From the NCBI GenBank assembly GCA_031459385.1, contig JAVKIP010000009.1, positions 59,419 to 123,418 of the forward strand: a stretch of DNA of 64,000 bases. Direction: 5' to 3'. The translations under genes were made by a program, and so were the position numbers. This document shows positions 9,509 to 18,685 of the stretch, piece by piece (the stretch's first letter is position 1; each line of letters opens with the position of its first letter). The notes under the pieces are model-generated. The model worked only from the letters and a program-made list of their open reading frames with translations. It did not search any database and had not been told where the DNA came from. The DNA is from Candidatus Fervidifonticultor secundus. GTDB taxonomy: Bacteria; Sysuimicrobiota; Sysuimicrobiia; Sysuimicrobiales; Humicultoraceae.

Positions 9509-10090
9509 ATGCGGATGCGATGGCTGCTGCTCCTGGCGACCCTGCTGGCGCTGGCGGCCGCGCCGGCGGCGCGCGCCCAGCCCGAGGGCCCGACCGGCGA
9601 TGGCCCCCGGCCCGGCAGCCAGGTCCTCGGCGACGGGCTCATCATCCCGGGCCAGCGCGTGGGCCCGGCCCGGCTCACCATGACCATCGAGCAGATCATC
9701 GCTGCGGTAGGCGGCCGGCCCCGGCGCGACGAGTTCCCCAGAGAGGGCATCGTGCTCTACGAGTGGCGCGCCGAGGGGCTGTGGGTGTCGCTGACCATGA
9801 CCACCAGGCAGATCCGCCTGATCAGCGCCTTCGGCACCAGCGACCGTTACCGGACCGACAGGGGCGTCACCCTCATGATGCGTCGGGCCAACGCCGAGCA
9901 GATCTACGGCAAAACCTACAGGGAGTACCGCTACCCCGAGGATCGGGTGACGCGCCTCCACTACGACGACCTTGGCCTGCAGTTCGGCCTGGTCTTCCAG
10001 CCGTCTAACCCGATGCTGCACGACCGCATCTTCCAGATCGGCGTGTACCGGCCGGGCGTCCTGATGCCGGTCAAACGTCCGGCGGAATAG
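9509..10090 (+). CDS. Hypothetical secreted protein
   Basis: Signal peptide MRWLLLLATLLALAAAPAARAQ, RBS GGAGG, host-like codon pattern. Start may be 9515. Confidence 0.75.
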   Translation: MRMRWLLLLATLLALAAAPAARAQPEGPTGDGPRPGSQVLGDGLIIPGQRVGPARLTMTIEQIIAAVGGRPRRDEFPREGIVLYEWRAEGLWVSLTMTTRQIRLISAFGTSDRYRTDRGVTLMMRRANAEQIYGKTYREYRYPEDRVTRLHYDDLGLQFGLVFQPSNPMLHDRIFQIGVYRPGVLMPVKRPAE

Positions 10091-10164
10091 CCCCCGCGGG
10101 CGGGCCCTCGCGCGCGGCGCCGCAGCACGGCGAAGGCGGGCCATCGCGCCTGGCGCCCCGCCGC

Positions 10165-11034
10165 CTACCCGTGCGGGCGGCCCAACGCTTCCGGCCTGGC
10201 CAGACCCCACCGCGTCCGGAACCACGGTGTCGAGATCACCGCCAGGATCAAAATCGTCGTGACGAAGGGCACCGTGCGCCATATGTAGCGCGACAGAATG
10301 CCCGGGAGCACCAGCTCGGGGCTGAGCGAGAGCTGCCACATCACGCCGAAGAGCAGCGAGCCGCCCAGGAGAATCACGGGGTTCCACAGCGCGAAGAAGA
10401 CCAGGGCCAGGCTGACGAACCCCCACCCCATGAGGAAGTTGTAGTTCCAGACGGGGTTGTACGACAGCGTGTAGACCGCCCCGGACAGGCCGGCCAGCAT
10501 ACCCCCGCCGACGATGCACAGGTACCGCACGGCTGCGACGTCTATGCCCGAGGCCTCGGCGGCCGCGGGGTGCTCGCCCACCGAGCGAATCGCCAGCCCG
10601 AGGCTCGTCCGCGTCAGCAGCACCCAGGCGGCGCCCACCAGCGCAACCCCGAGGTAGACGAACGGCGAGACGCCCAGCAGCGGCGGAATGCGCCCCAGCC
10701 CCAGGGGGCCGGTGTAGGGGTTGCCGATGTAGGTCGTGAGCCCGAAGCTGAGGATCCACAGGCCCATTCCGCTCACGACCTGGTCGCCCCGCAGCGTGAT
10801 GACGAAGAACCCGTGGGCGAGCCCGAGCACGGCGCCGATGGCGAGCGCCGCCGCGAAGCCCAGCGCGTGGCTGGCCGCGGCCTGGGCCGCGAGGAAGCCC
10901 AGCGTGCCGCCGAAGAGCATCACGCCCTCGAGCCCCACGTTCAGCACGCCCGCGCGCTGGTTGACGAGCTCGCCGAGCGCCGCGAACAGGAACACGGTGG
11001 AGGCTTCCAGGCTGCGCGCCAGCAGCTCGACCAC
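10165..11034 (-). CDS. Nucleoside/sugar (CUT2-like) ABC permease
   Basis: GELVNQRAGVLNVGLEG, GLAIRSVGEHPAAAEASGI. GTG 11034 with RBS GGGAGG. Confidence 0.9.
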   Translation of the reverse strand: MVELLARSLEASTVFLFAALGELVNQRAGVLNVGLEGVMLFGGTLGFLAAQAAASHALGFAAALAIGAVLGLAHGFFVITLRGDQVVSGMGLWILSFGLTTYIGNPYTGPLGLGRIPPLLGVSPFVYLGVALVGAAWVLLTRTSLGLAIRSVGEHPAAAEASGIDVAAVRYLCIVGGGMLAGLSGAVYTLSYNPVWNYNFLMGWGFVSLALVFFALWNPVILLGGSLLFGVMWQLSLSPELVLPGILSRYIWRTVPFVTTILILAVISTPWFRTRWGLARPEALGRPHG

Positions 11035-11045
11035 GGCCGGCCTCC

Positions 11046-12185
11046 CTAGGGGCGCTCCGGGGAGATGGCTGGGGCAACCGGCAGCGGCACCGGCCGCCAG
11101 ACGATGCGGAAGTGGTACAGCACGTGCGAGCCGACGAACGTCATCATGAGCAGGCCGAGCATGGCGTAGTCGACGCCGAAGGGCAGGCGGAGCGCGCCCT
11201 GGGCGAAACGGGCGCCCAGCGACAGCCCGGCGAACAGCAGCGCGATGGGCACGGCGCCCAGCGAGCTGCCGCGGGCGATCAGCGCGCAGATGATCCCGTA
11301 GAAGGCCAGGTCGCCGTAGAAGCCGTAGTTGCCCGGGATCTTGTAGAGGCCCGGCACGGCCCCGAAGTAGTGGTAGCCGGCCAGGCCGGCGAACGCCCCG
11401 CCCATGAGGAAGACCAGCACCGTCAGCCGCACCGGCTGGATGCCGGCGTACCGGGCGGCGGCAGGGTTCTCGCCGAAGGCCCGCACCCGGTACCCCAGCG
11501 TCGTCCGCGCGAAGAAGACGTCGAGCAGGAGCGCCGCGGCCAGTGCCAGCGCGGCCGTGAGCGGCACGCCGTACACGAGCGGCGCGCGCAGGGCGGCCGG
11601 GAGCTCGAAGCCCTCGCCCTCGGCCGTGGCGCTCATGAACGGTCCGCCCTCCTTGATGACGTGCGCGACGAGCCAGAAGAGGATTGAGTTGAGCATCATG
11701 GTCACGAGGATCTCGTTGACCTGGAACCGGGCCCGCAGGACGCCCACGGCACCCGCCAGCGCCGCGCCCGCCACGGCGGCGGCCGCGGCCATGAGCAGGA
11801 TCACGAGCCCCGGTGCCGGCGGCGGGCCAAGGAGCTCGTGCGCGCGCAGGGCGAACGGCACCGCGAACGCTGCCAGGGCGCCCGCGTACACCTGGCCGGG
11901 CAGCCCGATGTTCCACAACCCCGCGCGCAGCGGGACGACGAACGCCAACGTGCACAGCAGCAGGTAGATCGCCCGGTGCACGGTGGCCACCAGGCCACGG
12001 GGGTTCAGGAACGCGTAGGCGAAGATGGCGCGGTAGGCCGAGACCACGTCGGCATCGCCGGAGAGGAACAGCACGCTGGAGAGGACCAGCGCCAGGAGAA
12101 TGGCGAGCACCGCGGTCAGGACCGCATAGAGGGCCCCCTGGGCCGGCCGCGGCTCGAGGGTGAGGGCGTAGCGCCCGAGCCTCAC
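11046..12185 (-). CDS. Nucleoside ABC permease
   Basis: GLWNIGLPGQ, VNEILVTMMLN, GYRVRAFGENPAAARYAGI. GTGA overlap with the ATPase stop. Confidence 0.9.
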   Translation of the reverse strand: MRLGRYALTLEPRPAQGALYAVLTAVLAILLALVLSSVLFLSGDADVVSAYRAIFAYAFLNPRGLVATVHRAIYLLLCTLAFVVPLRAGLWNIGLPGQVYAGALAAFAVPFALRAHELLGPPPAPGLVILLMAAAAAVAGAALAGAVGVLRARFQVNEILVTMMLNSILFWLVAHVIKEGGPFMSATAEGEGFELPAALRAPLVYGVPLTAALALAAALLLDVFFARTTLGYRVRAFGENPAAARYAGIQPVRLTVLVFLMGGAFAGLAGYHYFGAVPGLYKIPGNYGFYGDLAFYGIICALIARGSSLGAVPIALLFAGLSLGARFAQGALRLPFGVDYAMLGLLMMTFVGSHVLYHFRIVWRPVPLPVAPAISPERP

Positions 12186-13741
12186 GGCGCGCCGGCCTCC
12201 TCCGGACGCAGGCCGGCCATCATGGCGCCCACGGTCTCGGCGTCGGCCTCCGCCCGGGGGAGCACCGCGACGAACCGGCCTTCGTACATGGCGGCCACGC
12301 GGTCGCTCAGGGACAGGATCTCGTCGAGGTCTTCCGAGATGAGCAGCACCGCGGCGCCGGCTGCCCGGGCCTCCAGGAGCTTGCCGCGCACGAACGCGGT
12401 AGCCTCGACGTCCAGCCCCTGCGTGGGCAGGTGGGCGATTAGCACGCGCGGGGCGCGGGCCAGCACGCGGCCGAGGATGAGCTTCTGGAGGTTGCCGCCC
12501 GAGAGGTGGCGCGCCGGGGCCCAGGCGTGCGCGGCCTGCACCCGGTAGGTGGCCAGGATGCGGGCCGTCAGCGCTTCGAGGCCCCCATAGTCGAACAGCC
12601 CCCGCCGCGAGTAGGCCGGATCGAAGTGGAAGTTCATGGCGGTGTTCTCGACCAGCGAGAACGCCGCGATGGACGCCACTTCGGTGCGCTCGGCCGGAAT
12701 GTAGCCGATCCCCATGCGCCACCGGTCCAGCGGCGAGGCCGCGGTGATGTCGCGGCCGTCGAAGCGGACTGTCCCGGCGACGGCGGGCCGCAGGCCCGCC
12801 AGGACCTGCGCGAGTTCCTCCTGGCCGTTGCCCGTGACCCCGGCCACGCCCAGGATCTCTCCTTCGCGCAGCGTAAACGAGAGCCCGCGCAGGGCCAGCA
12901 GGTTCTTGTCGCTGTAGGCCACCAGGTGCTCGACCTCCAGCACGGGCCGGCCGGCGGCTGCCGGCGCGGCCACCAGGGGCAGCGTCACGTCCTGGCCGAT
13001 CATGTGCTGCACCAGCGTCGCCTCGGTGGCCTGTGCAGTCGGCAGGCGCGCCGCCACCCGCCCCGCCCGCAACACAGTCACCCGGTGGCTGAGCGCCATG
13101 ACGACGGGAAGCTTGTGGGTGACGAGCAGCACGGTCAGCTGCTGCTCCCGGACCATGGTCGCGAGGGCGGCCAGCAGCGTCTTGACCTCGGGCGGCGTCA
13201 GCGCCGAGGTGGGCTCGTCGAGGATCAGGATCCGCGCGCCGCCGTAGAGGGCCTTGAGGATTTCGACCCACTGCTTCTGGCCCTCGGAGAGCTGCCAGAC
13301 CCTGGCGCCCAGGTCGGTGGTGATGCCGTAGCGCGCGCAGTAGGCCTCCAGCTCGGATCGCGCGCGGCGCAGGTCGAGCAGGCCCCGCGCGCGGGGATGA
13401 CCCAGGATGATGTTCTCGACCACGGTGTGGGCGGCCACGAGCCGTCGGGTCTGGTGGACCATGCCGATCCCCGCGGCCAGCGCGTCGTGCGGGGACCAGA
13501 ACGCCACGGGCCGGCCGCGCAGGACGATCAGGCCCTCGTCGGGCTGCACCAGGCCGAACAGGATGTTCATCAGGGTGGTCTTGCCGGCGCCGTTCTGGCC
13601 CAGGATCGCGTGCACCTCGCCGGCGCGGACGTCGAGGTCGACGCGGTCGAGGGCGAGCACGCCGGGGAAGCGCTTGCTGATCCCCCGCGCCTCCAGGATC
13701 ACGTCGCCGGCTGGCAGCCCTTCCGGCATCGGGGCGGACAT
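12182..13741 (-). CDS. Nucleoside ABC ATP-binding protein (two NBDs)
   Basis: GQNGAGKTT, LILDEPT, GVTGNGQEE, LSGGNLQK, ISEDLDE. Confidence 0.92.
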   Translation of the reverse strand: MSAPMPEGLPAGDVILEARGISKRFPGVLALDRVDLDVRAGEVHAILGQNGAGKTTLMNILFGLVQPDEGLIVLRGRPVAFWSPHDALAAGIGMVHQTRRLVAAHTVVENIILGHPRARGLLDLRRARSELEAYCARYGITTDLGARVWQLSEGQKQWVEILKALYGGARILILDEPTSALTPPEVKTLLAALATMVREQQLTVLLVTHKLPVVMALSHRVTVLRAGRVAARLPTAQATEATLVQHMIGQDVTLPLVAAPAAAGRPVLEVEHLVAYSDKNLLALRGLSFTLREGEILGVAGVTGNGQEELAQVLAGLRPAVAGTVRFDGRDITAASPLDRWRMGIGYIPAERTEVASIAAFSLVENTAMNFHFDPAYSRRGLFDYGGLEALTARILATYRVQAAHAWAPARHLSGGNLQKLILGRVLARAPRVLIAHLPTQGLDVEATAFVRGKLLEARAAGAAVLLISEDLDEILSLSDRVAAMYEGRFVAVLPRAEADAETVGAMMAGLRPEEAGAP

Positions 13742-13818
13742 CGGCCCGCGCAGCGCAGCGCGGCGGGAAGGCGGTAAGGCGACGCCGGCGGCCGGTCCGG
13801 CGGGCGAGGCGGCAGGTC

Positions 13819-13847
13819 TCCTCCCGGGGCCTGACGCCCCGGGAGGA
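13819..13847 (-). terminator. Intra-operon GC hairpin after substrate-binding gene
   Basis: 12-bp perfect stem TCCTCCCGGGGC/GCCCCGGGAGGA with 5-nt loop and no U-tract. Confidence 0.45.
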
Positions 13848-13911
13848 CGACCGCCCGCCACAGCGGCCTACGGGTCCGGGCGGCGCGCGGCACCGGGCCT
13901 CACGGCAGGTG

Positions 13912-15177
13912 TCACTTAAGGATGGTCATGCCCTCCAGCGCGAAGTTGAACTTCGACAGCAGCCACTCGTCCGAGGGCATCTCGCCGGCCTTCTTCACCA
14001 CGGTGCCCCTGGCCGGGACCGGCAGGTCCTTGAGCGCCAGGCCGCTGCCGTTGCTCACCAGGGCGTGAACCCGGAAGGGATCCCACTGGCCCTTCATCAT
14101 CTGGTCGCGGCGCTGCGCCACGAGCCGGACGATCGACTCCGGGAGCGCGCGCCGGGCCTTGGGGCTGATGGCGTCTACGCCCACCTTCTTGTTGTTCATG
14201 ATGTCCACCGCGGCCTCCACGGTGCCGTCGGCCAGGGTCATCGTGTCCTTCATGCCCAGGTAGAGCAGCGTGGGCGGCGACTGGTTGCCGGCCAGCTGGG
14301 CGCGCACCATCCGGTCGTAGAGGACCTCCCAGCGGGTATCGAACGAGATGGCCACGGTGTCGGTGTTGGACCAGCCGTAGAAGCCCACGATGTCCATGTC
14401 CTTGCCCACGAACCAGATTCCCCGCTCCTGCGCGACGTCCAGGGGCGAGCCGGAGTCGGTCTGCTGGGTCAGCACGTCCACCCTCTGCTGGCTCACCAGC
14501 GTCCGGGCCACCTCGCGCTCCTCGGTAGGCTTGTACCAGTCGCCCACGTACTTCACGTAGACGGTGACGCGCTTGCCCAGGGCCTTCGCCGCGTCCTGGA
14601 CGCCCAGGTAGAACCCGGCCGTCCGGCGCAGCACCTGGACGTTGGGGAACGCGGAGACGACCCCGATGTTCCCGGTCTTCGTCAGGGCGCCCGCGACGAG
14701 GCCCTCCAGGTAGAGGGCCTGGTACTGGCGCGGGAAGAACCGGATGAAGTTCCGCTTCTGGGTGATGTCGCTGGCGACGACCGAGCCGAAGTAGACGTTG
14801 GGGTAGCGATCGGCGATCTCCTTGAGCGGCAGGCCCATGAACTCGGCGTTGCCCACCACGATGGTGGCGCCCTGGCGAATCAGCTCCTCTGCGAAGGGCA
14901 CCGTGGAGTCGGGACCCACCTCCTCGCGGTAGACGTATTTCACGTTCGGGTACTTCTGCGCGATCCGCTGGCCCGCGCGGTGGTGCGCGCCGGACCACGT
15001 GGTGCCCTTGATCACGCTGAAGTGCAGGATGGCCAGCGTCGCCGTCGGGCCTGCGGCCGCCGACGTCGGCGCGGGCTGCCACGCCGCGGCGCCCGCGAGC
15101 AGCGCCGTGCTCAGGAGCGCGATCGCCAGAGCGCGCAGGGCAGCGATCCCCGTGCGTGCACGAGCCTCTCCAGCCAT
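13912..15177 (-). CDS. BMP-family ABC substrate-binding protein
   Basis: Signal peptide, WSGAHHRAG, YLEGLVAGALTKTGNIGVV, FYLGVQ, GDWYKPTEEREVARTL. Confidence 0.88.
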   Translation of the reverse strand: MAGEARARTGIAALRALAIALLSTALLAGAAAWQPAPTSAAAGPTATLAILHFSVIKGTTWSGAHHRAGQRIAQKYPNVKYVYREEVGPDSTVPFAEELIRQGATIVVGNAEFMGLPLKEIADRYPNVYFGSVVASDITQKRNFIRFFPRQYQALYLEGLVAGALTKTGNIGVVSAFPNVQVLRRTAGFYLGVQDAAKALGKRVTVYVKYVGDWYKPTEEREVARTLVSQQRVDVLTQQTDSGSPLDVAQERGIWFVGKDMDIVGFYGWSNTDTVAISFDTRWEVLYDRMVRAQLAGNQSPPTLLYLGMKDTMTLADGTVEAAVDIMNNKKVGVDAISPKARRALPESIVRLVAQRRDQMMKGQWDPFRVHALVSNGSGLALKDLPVPARGTVVKKAGEMPSDEWLLSKFNFALEGMTILK

Positions 15178-15298
15178 ATGGGTCCTCCCCCGACGTGATT
15201 GGGCATCTGATTCCCCGCCCGCGGCCTGGCCCCCTGCACGGAGGCCGCAGCGTGCTGCTGGCAGGATGTCCCGGCGCCCTCCAACCGCGCCCTGCCCG

Positions 15299-16792
15299 CT
15301 AGAAGAAACTGGCCGTGCGCCTCGCGCCGGTGTAATCCAGGTAGACGACCTTCAGCTCGCTGTAGAAGTCGATGGCCACGCTGCCCTGCTCGCGGGGGCC
15401 CACGCCGGTGGCCTTGGTCCCGCCGAAGGGGAGGTGCGCCTCGCCGCCCACGGTCGGGTTGTTGATGTGGACGATGCCGACCTCGCTGCGGTCGACGAAC
15501 CGCATGGCCCTGGCCAGGTCCTGGGTGTAGATCGAGGAGGCCAGCCCGTAGGGGACCGCGTTGGCCGCCTCCACCGCCGCGTCGAAGTCGGGCACGCGGC
15601 AGACCGACAGCACCGGGCCGAAGATCTCCTCCTGGAAGATGCGCATCTGGGGCGTGACGTGGTCGAAGACCGTGGGCTCCACGAAGTACCCCCGGCCGAG
15701 GGCGCCGTCGGTGAGGCGCCGGCCGCCGGTCACCAGCCGCGCACCCTCCTCCTGGCCGATGGCGATGTAGCGCAGCACCGTCTTCATCTGGGACTCGTCC
15801 ACCGACGGCCCCACCTGGGTCTGCGGGTCGAGTCCGTCGCCCACCACGAGCGCCCGTGCCCGCGACGCCAGCTCTTCGACGAACCGGTCGGCGATGCGCT
15901 CGACGACGATGACCCGGCTAGTGGCGGTGCAGCGCTGGCCGGTGGAGCCGTAGGCCCCCTGCACCGTGCCGGCGAGCGCCAGCTCCAGGTCCGCATCCTC
16001 CAGGACGACGACGGGGTTCTTGCCGCCCATCTCGGCCTGCACGCGCCGTCCGCCGGTGGCCGCCCGCTCGTAGAGCTTGATCCCCACGTCGTTGGAGCCG
16101 GTGAACGACACCGCCCGCACCGCGGGGTGGGTGATCAGCTCGTCGCCGACGGTGACCCCGGGTCCGATGACCATGTTCAGGACGCCGTCGGGCAGCCCCG
16201 CCTCCTGGAAGATCTCCACAAGCGCCGAGGCCGTCCACGGGGTGAGGGTCGCCGGCTTGAACACAACGGTGTTGCCGCAGACCAGCGCCGGCGCGATCTT
16301 CCAGATGGGGATCGCCGCCGGGAAGTTCCACGGCGTGATGAGGGCCACGACGCCCAGCGGCTCGCGCCTGGTGTAGGTGAACGTGTTGGGCAGTTCGCTG
16401 GGCAGCGTCTCACCCCGCAGCCGCCGCCCTTCGCCGGCGATGTACTCGAGGATGTTGCGGCTGCGCACCAGTTCGCCCGTGGACTCGGCGCGGGTCTTGC
16501 CTTCCTCGCGGGTGAGGATCTCTGCCAGGCGCGGCATCTCCCGCTCGAAGAGCTCGAGCGCCTTGAACAGGATGCGGCCGCGCACCGGCCCCGGCGTGTC
16601 CCGCCACCTGGGGAACGCCTCGCTCGCGGCCTGGATGGCGGCGCGCGCCTCCTCGCGCGTCGAGAGCGGCACCTGACCCAGGACCTCGCCCGTGGCCGGG
16701 TTGCGGTTGGCCACCAGGCGTTCGGACGCCGAGGCGACCCAGCGGCCGCCGATGAAGTTCTTGTAGGTCTGCTCGCCCGCGACAATGGCCAT
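15299..16792 (-). CDS. NAD(P)-dependent aldehyde dehydrogenase (KGSADH-like)
   Basis: ITPWNFPAAIP, SFTGS, AEMGGKNP, GQRCTATS, EEIFGPV. RBS GGAGGGAGG. Confidence 0.93.
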   Translation of the reverse strand: MAIVAGEQTYKNFIGGRWVASASERLVANRNPATGEVLGQVPLSTREEARAAIQAASEAFPRWRDTPGPVRGRILFKALELFEREMPRLAEILTREEGKTRAESTGELVRSRNILEYIAGEGRRLRGETLPSELPNTFTYTRREPLGVVALITPWNFPAAIPIWKIAPALVCGNTVVFKPATLTPWTASALVEIFQEAGLPDGVLNMVIGPGVTVGDELITHPAVRAVSFTGSNDVGIKLYERAATGGRRVQAEMGGKNPVVVLEDADLELALAGTVQGAYGSTGQRCTATSRVIVVERIADRFVEELASRARALVVGDGLDPQTQVGPSVDESQMKTVLRYIAIGQEEGARLVTGGRRLTDGALGRGYFVEPTVFDHVTPQMRIFQEEIFGPVLSVCRVPDFDAAVEAANAVPYGLASSIYTQDLARAMRFVDRSEVGIVHINNPTVGGEAHLPFGGTKATGVGPREQGSVAIDFYSELKVVYLDYTGARRTASFF

Positions 16793-16858
16793 GGCCTGCC
16801 CCTCCCTCCAGCACGTCGGCACCGGGGTGGTTCTGCGCGCGTGGGCCGCAGTCCTGGC

Positions 16859-17794
16859 TCACCGCAGGAGCGCCAGGACGCCCAGCCCCGCGTACGTGAC
16901 ACCGGCGGCGGCCGCAATGCTCACCAGCCAGCCCGCAGGCACCAGCCAGAAGATCCGGCGGTTCACCGCCACGATGCCTTTCGTCAACCCCACCCCCACC
17001 ACCGCTCCCACCATTGCCTGCGAGGTAGACACGGGTACGCCCAGCTGTGTGAACAGGTGGGTGGTGAGGGCCGTGGCCGAGGCCGCCACCAGGGCCGAGG
17101 CGGGGTCGAGCGCCGTAATCTGGTTGCCGACCAGCAGGATCACGCGCCGGCTGAAGGTCAGGACGCCGGCGGCGATGGCCGCGCCGCCCAGCGCCGCGCC
17201 GGCGGCCGGGCTCAACACGCCCGCCGCCACGGCCGGCGCCATGGCGTTGCCGACGTTGTTGGAGCCCAGCGCGTAGGCCGCGTAGCAGCCCACCAGCACG
17301 GCCGTCACGCGCACCAGGCGGTCGAAGAGGCGGGCGTCGAGCCCGCGGGCCTGCTGCAGGACCGCCAGCAGCCGGTAGAGCAGGTAGGCGATGGCGCCGG
17401 CGCCCACCGGTGCCGTCACCATCGACGCGATCAGCCTGGCCAGGATCCCCCGGTGGATCCCGGTCGGCGCCGTCGTGCCCACCGCCACCAGGGCCCCGAC
17501 GATGGCGTGCGAGGTGGAGATCGGCAGCCCCAGCGCCGTCATGGTATGCACGCTCACCCCGGCCGCCAGCGTGGCCACCGCGGCGGTCTGCGGCCGCAGG
17601 CGGGTCAGGCCGCCCACGGTGCCGAACACCTTCTGCCCTTCCACCACGGCGCCCAGGCAGGCGAAGATGGCGGCCAGGACCACCGCGCGCCGGAAGGCGA
17701 TGACCCCGGCCCCGATCTGCGGGCCGAACGTGTTGGCGGCGTCGTTGGCGCCGACGCCCCACCCGAGGTAGAGGGCCGGCAGCAGCGCCAGCAT
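16859..17794 (-). CDS. PiT-family inorganic phosphate transporter
   Basis: GANDAAN and GSNNVGNA signatures, LPISTSHAIVG, PVSTSQAMVG. Confidence 0.9.
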   Translation of the reverse strand: MLALLPALYLGWGVGANDAANTFGPQIGAGVIAFRRAVVLAAIFACLGAVVEGQKVFGTVGGLTRLRPQTAAVATLAAGVSVHTMTALGLPISTSHAIVGALVAVGTTAPTGIHRGILARLIASMVTAPVGAGAIAYLLYRLLAVLQQARGLDARLFDRLVRVTAVLVGCYAAYALGSNNVGNAMAPAVAAGVLSPAAGAALGGAAIAAGVLTFSRRVILLVGNQITALDPASALVAASATALTTHLFTQLGVPVSTSQAMVGAVVGVGLTKGIVAVNRRIFWLVPAGWLVSIAAAAGVTYAGLGVLALLR

Positions 17795-18463
17795 CTACAA
17801 CTTGAGGCCGATCAGCAGGATCTCCAGACGGTCGCCGGCGTCCTCCACGTCGTCGGAGATCTCGGTGAGCGTCTCGAGGAAGGCCTTGACGTGCATCCGG
17901 GCTGCCAGCGTCTGGGACGACGTGAAGATCTGCCGCGTGACCTTCCACTCGTGGTCGTCGATGGTGGACTCGGTGATCCCCACCTGCTTGAGGCGCTCGC
18001 GGATGGCGCCCTGGTCGCCGGCGGTCAGGTACAGGGCGACGGCGTCGTGCAGCGCGGCAAAGGCCTCGCGGGTCAGCCGGACGATCTCGCGCAGGGTATC
18101 GGCGTACTCCGCGGGGATCTCGGGGCGCTGGCCCAGCAGGAAGTCGCAGGTGACCTCGGCCGCGTCCGCGATCATGTCCACTCGCTCGACGAAGTCGTGG
18201 ATGTCGGGCCGCGCGACGGGCAGGAACGCCCCGCGGTAGAGCAGGTCGATCACCGAGCGCCGCAGCTGGTCGGCCTCGGTCTCCAGGTGGTCGACCTCGA
18301 TGGCGCCCGCTTTCGCCTCGTCGAGGCGCCCGGCCAGGTAGTCGTCGAGGACCTCGCCTGCCCGTGCCACGCACTCGCCCACCTTGTCGAGGTGCCGCCG
18401 GATGAGCGAACGGACCTCGGCCTCCCGGCCCTGTCCGAACAAGAACTCCACGACCCTGCTCAC
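17795..18463 (-). CDS. DUF47 / PhoU-like Pit accessory protein
   Basis: LETEADQLRR, GAFLPVARPDI, ISDDVEDAGDRL. Directly upstream of PiT. Confidence 0.88.
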   Translation of the reverse strand: MSRVVEFLFGQGREAEVRSLIRRHLDKVGECVARAGEVLDDYLAGRLDEAKAGAIEVDHLETEADQLRRSVIDLLYRGAFLPVARPDIHDFVERVDMIADAAEVTCDFLLGQRPEIPAEYADTLREIVRLTREAFAALHDAVALYLTAGDQGAIRERLKQVGITESTIDDHEWKVTRQIFTSSQTLAARMHVKAFLETLTEISDDVEDAGDRLEILLIGLKL

Positions 18464-18530
18464 CGGCGCACCTCCAGCGTGACCTCCGCCCGTACGCCCC
18501 GTGACTTCTGCGACAGGGGCAGGCCGCCCT

Positions 18531-18600
18531 CTGCCGCGGCATCCGCTGCTGCGGCGTCCGTTGCCGGGGCCTCCGCTGCAGTGGCGTCCGTTGCCCCGGG
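18531..18600. repeat. Imperfect 15-bp tandem repeat (4 copies plus a partial)
   Basis: ctgccgcggcatccg / ctgctgcggcgtccg / ttgccggggcctccg / ctgcagtggcgtccg / ttgcccc in a divergent intergenic region. Confidence 0.75.
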
Positions 18601-18685
18601 CAGGAGCCCGTTTTCCGTGCCCCGAACACTATGTTCTCTTCCGTCCGGCCGCGGCGGCCGGCGGACGACGCCCTGGAGGGGCCGG

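Noticed and set aside
18531..18600. CRISPR-like array (also 23624-23686)
   Set aside because: Head-to-tail short repeats without unique spacers; no cas genes.
18624..18636. LexA (Cheo) box
   Set aside because: The spacer is 5 nt (GAAC-N5-GTTC) rather than 4, and the flanking genes are not SOS genes.
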